From NCBI GenBank assembly GCA_035714745.1, contig DASTLR010000007.1:70205-134204 (forward strand): a stretch of 64,000 bases of DNA. Direction: 5' to 3'. The DNA is from Minisyncoccota bacterium. Lineage in GTDB: Bacteria > Patescibacteriota > Minisyncoccia > Phycocordibacterales > UBA6065. Shown piece by piece: positions 61,302-64,000 of this stretch. Below the pieces are notes generated by a model. The model did not search any database. It was not told the DNA's origin and saw nothing but the letters and a program-made list of their open reading frames with translations. Numbering within the stretch: position 1 is the first letter of the stretch; each line of letters opens with the position of its first letter. Made by a program: the position numbers and the translations under genes.

Positions 61302-61694
61302 TTACCAGATCTGGAAGAGGACCTCGCCGCCGACCTTTTGCTTGCGCGCCTCGTCGTCCGAGAGCACGCCCTTTGGCGTCGAGATGAACGTCGAAGCGTA
61401 TCCCTGCTTTATCGGGAAGATCTCCTCATAGCCCTTGTAGATGCGCTTGGAAGGCTTGGAGATGCGCTTGACGTCATTGATGCGGGCCTTGCCGTTGACG
61501 TAGATGAGGCCGATCTCCAGGGTCTTGCCTGCCACCTTCTTGCCATGGGCGACGGCTGGCTTCACATAGCCCTTTCGAGAGAGAGCCTCGACGACGGCCA
61601 TGGTGAAATTGGAAAGAGGAACGGTGGCCGATTCTTTCTTGGCGGCCGATCCGTTCTTGAGGTTCGTAATGAGATTTGATATTGGGTCTCGCAT
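61302..61694 (-). CDS. rpsH: 30S ribosomal protein S8
   Basis: DPISN, RISKPS.RIY, STPKGV and GGEVL..IW motifs. Confidence 0.96.
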   Translation of the reverse strand: MRDPISNLITNLKNGSAAKKESATVPLSNFTMAVVEALSRKGYVKPAVAHGKKVAGKTLEIGLIYVNGKARINDVKRISKPSKRIYKGYEEIFPIKQGYASTFISTPKGVLSDDEARKQKVGGEVLFQIW

Positions 61695-61766
61695 GGTGTT
61701 TAGCGTCTCGTCCTCGGCTGTGTACTGGGTGTTCCCCCGGGGACGACTGCCTAAATTAATAATGGT

Positions 61767-61952
61767 CTACCAAGACGACTTCTTTATTCCCGGGATGAGC
61801 CCGTCGTTGGCGAGCTCTCGGAAGCAGATGCGGCAGGTTCCGAAGTCCCGCATGAAGCCGTTCTTGCGGCCGCAGCGGAAGCAGCGTCGAACCACCCTCG
61901 TGGAGAACTTGGGTTTCTTGTTCGCTCGCGCTATGACTGAGGTCTTTGCCAT
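61767..61952 (-). CDS. rpsN: 30S ribosomal protein S14, zinc-binding type Z
   Basis: KFSTR...RCFRCGR...[17 protein letters not shown]. Confidence 0.96.
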   Translation of the reverse strand: MAKTSVIARANKKPKFSTRVVRRCFRCGRKNGFMRDFGTCRICFRELANDGLIPGIKKSSW

Positions 61953-62104
61953 ATCCTGCTGGGAAAAATAAAAAGCTTTGAAAAAGCTCGTCTGGGCATA
62001 CTAGCAAACGCTTACCCGTATGTCAAATATAAGGCTTTATTTGATAGAAAGACCAAAAAAGCCCATACTTCGGATATTACGTTGTATTGAGACGATTCAT
62101 TGTT

Positions 62105-62142
62105 TGATCAAAAAGCCCCGCAATTTTTGGGGGTTTTTGATC
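62105..62142. terminator. Bidirectional-looking intrinsic terminator
   Basis: TGATCAAAAAGCCCC...GGGGTTTTTGATCA. Confidence 0.75.
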
Positions 62143-62151
62143 AGTTATTGT

Positions 62152-63651
62152 TTATTCCGCGCTTTCTACGGCTGCTGAGGAAGTACCTTGAGCCGGGACT
62201 TCAGCCGCGACAGCCTGTGTCTCCCCTGATTCGACAATAGGTGCTTCGGCGACAATGACAGTCTCGCTCATCGCTTCGACTGGCGCCACCTCGACCGAGG
62301 AGGAGGCCTCGATAACCGGAGTGATAGGGGCGACAACCGGCCCCTCTTCCTTCACCACCTGGATCCTTGGCCCTACGACATAGTTTTCCTTTGTCAGGTC
62401 CGCCGTGTCCGTCGTGAAATAGCGCCCGACGATATATCCTGCAGTACCATTGAAGCGAGCCAAGGTGACGTCGATGAATGCTTTATCGGCTGGAATATCG
62501 ATGTATTTGTTGCAGATATTGGCATCGCCTTCTGCCGAGACAGCGCCATCGATCGCGCACCTCAACATGAACCTGGCGGAAGCCGCGTTCGCAGGAGCTT
62601 TGAGCGATATCCTGACCGTCTGGCCAAGAGATATCGTCGTGCTATCGACAGTCACTACGGGCGATTCATTGATCACCGTAGAGCCAATAGCGAAACCGTT
62701 GTCGCTCGAATCACCAGGAGCCGACGCTCCCAGCGCGACGATCCCTAAGCTATAAATCGATTTTCCTGAATAGTCAGACATAGTAAAATCCAAATCGGAC
62801 TGAGGCGAGGCAGGGATCACCCAGTCATAGCTACCTCTATTGGCTATAAACGGAGAAACAGGCAGAATTGCAGGGTTTCCCTGCCGCACAGCAAAGAGAG
62901 TCAACTGCACTTGGTTACGAGGGTCTCCACCCGTCCAGGTCACGTGCAGAGTATCCCCAACCTTATAGGTCTCTCCCCCGTTAGGGCTGAGTAACTTTAA
63001 GGGCGCGATGATATAGAAGCCTTCCGTGCGAGCCTTGACCGACTCGTTCGGGTCGATCGAGCCGCTCGCATCAGCTTTATAGACTTCGACATAGTACTTC
63101 CCGGAAGCAATGTCGCCGGGAATCTTCCAAGAATATGCGGCGTCAGTCGATGCGACAGTCGCTATATAGGTGGTGCTTGCCATGCTTTCTGACCTAAGCT
63201 CGATGTACAGAGTCGATCCTGCAGGAAAATCCACGGCGTCCCATCGGATCGGAAGCGCGGCGCCTGTCGCATAGCTTTCTCCTGAAGTCGGAGCGACGAT
63301 CGAGACAGAAGCAGGCGCGACGATAGAAACGGCCTCAAGTGAAGGGCTCGAGACGGATGGCGAAGTCGCCCCCGCCGACGTGGCAACAGCCACAGCGCGC
63401 CCAGAGCTCACGCCGCCTGACCCGCCTGAGCCACCGCCGCCCACAGAGGCATTCGGCAGAGGCTTCGAGAGCGTCGCGGCTACAAAAGCACGGGCGGCAG
63501 GCGCTTTCGCCGGCTCGATGATACCCAGGTTGATGAAAAGGTCTACCATCTGGCCAAGCGTGAGCTCAACGGCCGATGCCGGGCGTGCGACAAAAGACGC
63601 CGTAAGGGCGAGGACGGCAACCGCGAATGCAAGGGCTGATTTCTTGATCAT
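62152..63651 (-). CDS. Secreted/surface protein with tandem Ig-like (SPNGGE-type) domains
   Basis: Signal peptide, Gly/Ser linker, VAPTSGESY..G..L.IRW and LSPNGGETY.VGDTL.VTW repeats, acidic Ala/Val/Glu-rich tail. Confidence 0.78.
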   Translation of the reverse strand: MIKKSALAFAVAVLALTASFVARPASAVELTLGQMVDLFINLGIIEPAKAPAARAFVAATLSKPLPNASVGGGGSGGSGGVSSGRAVAVATSAGATSPSVSSPSLEAVSIVAPASVSIVAPTSGESYATGAALPIRWDAVDFPAGSTLYIELRSESMASTTYIATVASTDAAYSWKIPGDIASGKYYVEVYKADASGSIDPNESVKARTEGFYIIAPLKLLSPNGGETYKVGDTLHVTWTGGDPRNQVQLTLFAVRQGNPAILPVSPFIANRGSYDWVIPASPQSDLDFTMSDYSGKSIYSLGIVALGASAPGDSSDNGFAIGSTVINESPVVTVDSTTISLGQTVRISLKAPANAASARFMLRCAIDGAVSAEGDANICNKYIDIPADKAFIDVTLARFNGTAGYIVGRYFTTDTADLTKENYVVGPRIQVVKEEGPVVAPITPVIEASSSVEVAPVEAMSETVIVAEAPIVESGETQAVAAEVPAQGTSSAAVESAE

Positions 63652-63784
63652 ATTGAGTAGTTATACCTTAGGTTCTGGTAAAAGTCTTACCCGGGCCTTA
63701 TTTCTATATTATATCACTTATAAAATTAATGTCAATATATCCCTCAACAAAAAACCGCCCCGTGGCGGCTTCTTTGTGGCTGTA

Positions 63785-64000
63785 TTAGGCCTTCTTAATC
63801 GGGAATCCGAGGAGCTCCAAGAACTTCTTGGTCTGGGCCTTCTCGCGGACGTTCGTGACGACGGTCACGCCGAGGCCGAAGACGTCCTTGAGCTCTTCGT
63901 CGGTAGCCTCAGGGAAGATCGAGTGCTCCTTGATGCCGATAGAATACCCGCCCATGCCGTCCATCGAGGTGGCTGGCAGGCCGCGGAAGTCCTTGGTTCG
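63785..64000 (-). CDS. rplE: 50S ribosomal protein L5 (3' part, truncated by the window edge)
   Basis: Minus strand reads RTKDFRGL...DGMGGYSIGIKEHSIFPE...GLGVTVVT...LGFPIKKA*. Confidence 0.95.
   Translation of the reverse strand, partial: RTKDFRGLPATSMDGMGGYSIGIKEHSIFPEATDEELKDVFGLGVTVVTNVREKAQTKKFLELLGFPIKKA

Overview
A GC-rich chromosomal segment, most consistent with a Patescibacteria/CPR (Parcubacteria-like) genome. The evidence is no rpmD between rpsE and rplO, a compact type IV pilus cluster, short housekeeping genes and many apparently leaderless promoters. TGA is used as stop (code 11). In order, the window holds: a cobalamin riboswitch with a DUF4430 protein, an S-component-like transporter and thiol-redox genes; tRNA-fMet; gatA/gatC, a DgkA-family kinase and ligA; a ~12 kb type IV pilus locus; comF/idi; tRNA-Ser; a heterodimeric ABC exporter; mutY; recG; a RelB/DinJ-YafQ toxin-antitoxin pair; an RND pump; tRNA-Ile(UAU); ftsH; smpB and tmRNA; ccdA-redoxin-msrA-msrB; infC-rpmI-rplT; a beta-CASP nuclease; a 6S-like RNA; and ndk-map-adk-secY with the spc ribosomal protein genes. 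The most notable unexplained signals are: (1) a ~275 nt highly structured ncRNA with a tRNA-like module, its own promoter and terminator, lying between the tmRNA 3' end and a 19/20 bp copy of that end; (2) an orphan protein whose 3' end looks like a diversity-generating retroelement variable region, with a structured leader; (3) a 41 bp inverted repeat that gives convergent comF and idi nearly the same promoter; (4) a stand-alone secreted protein resembling a Verrucomicrobia surface-protein domain; (5) tRNA-Ile with a UAU anticodon; and (6) a dispersed 9-mer repeat family that enters coding frames. All calls were made by eye, with no database searches.
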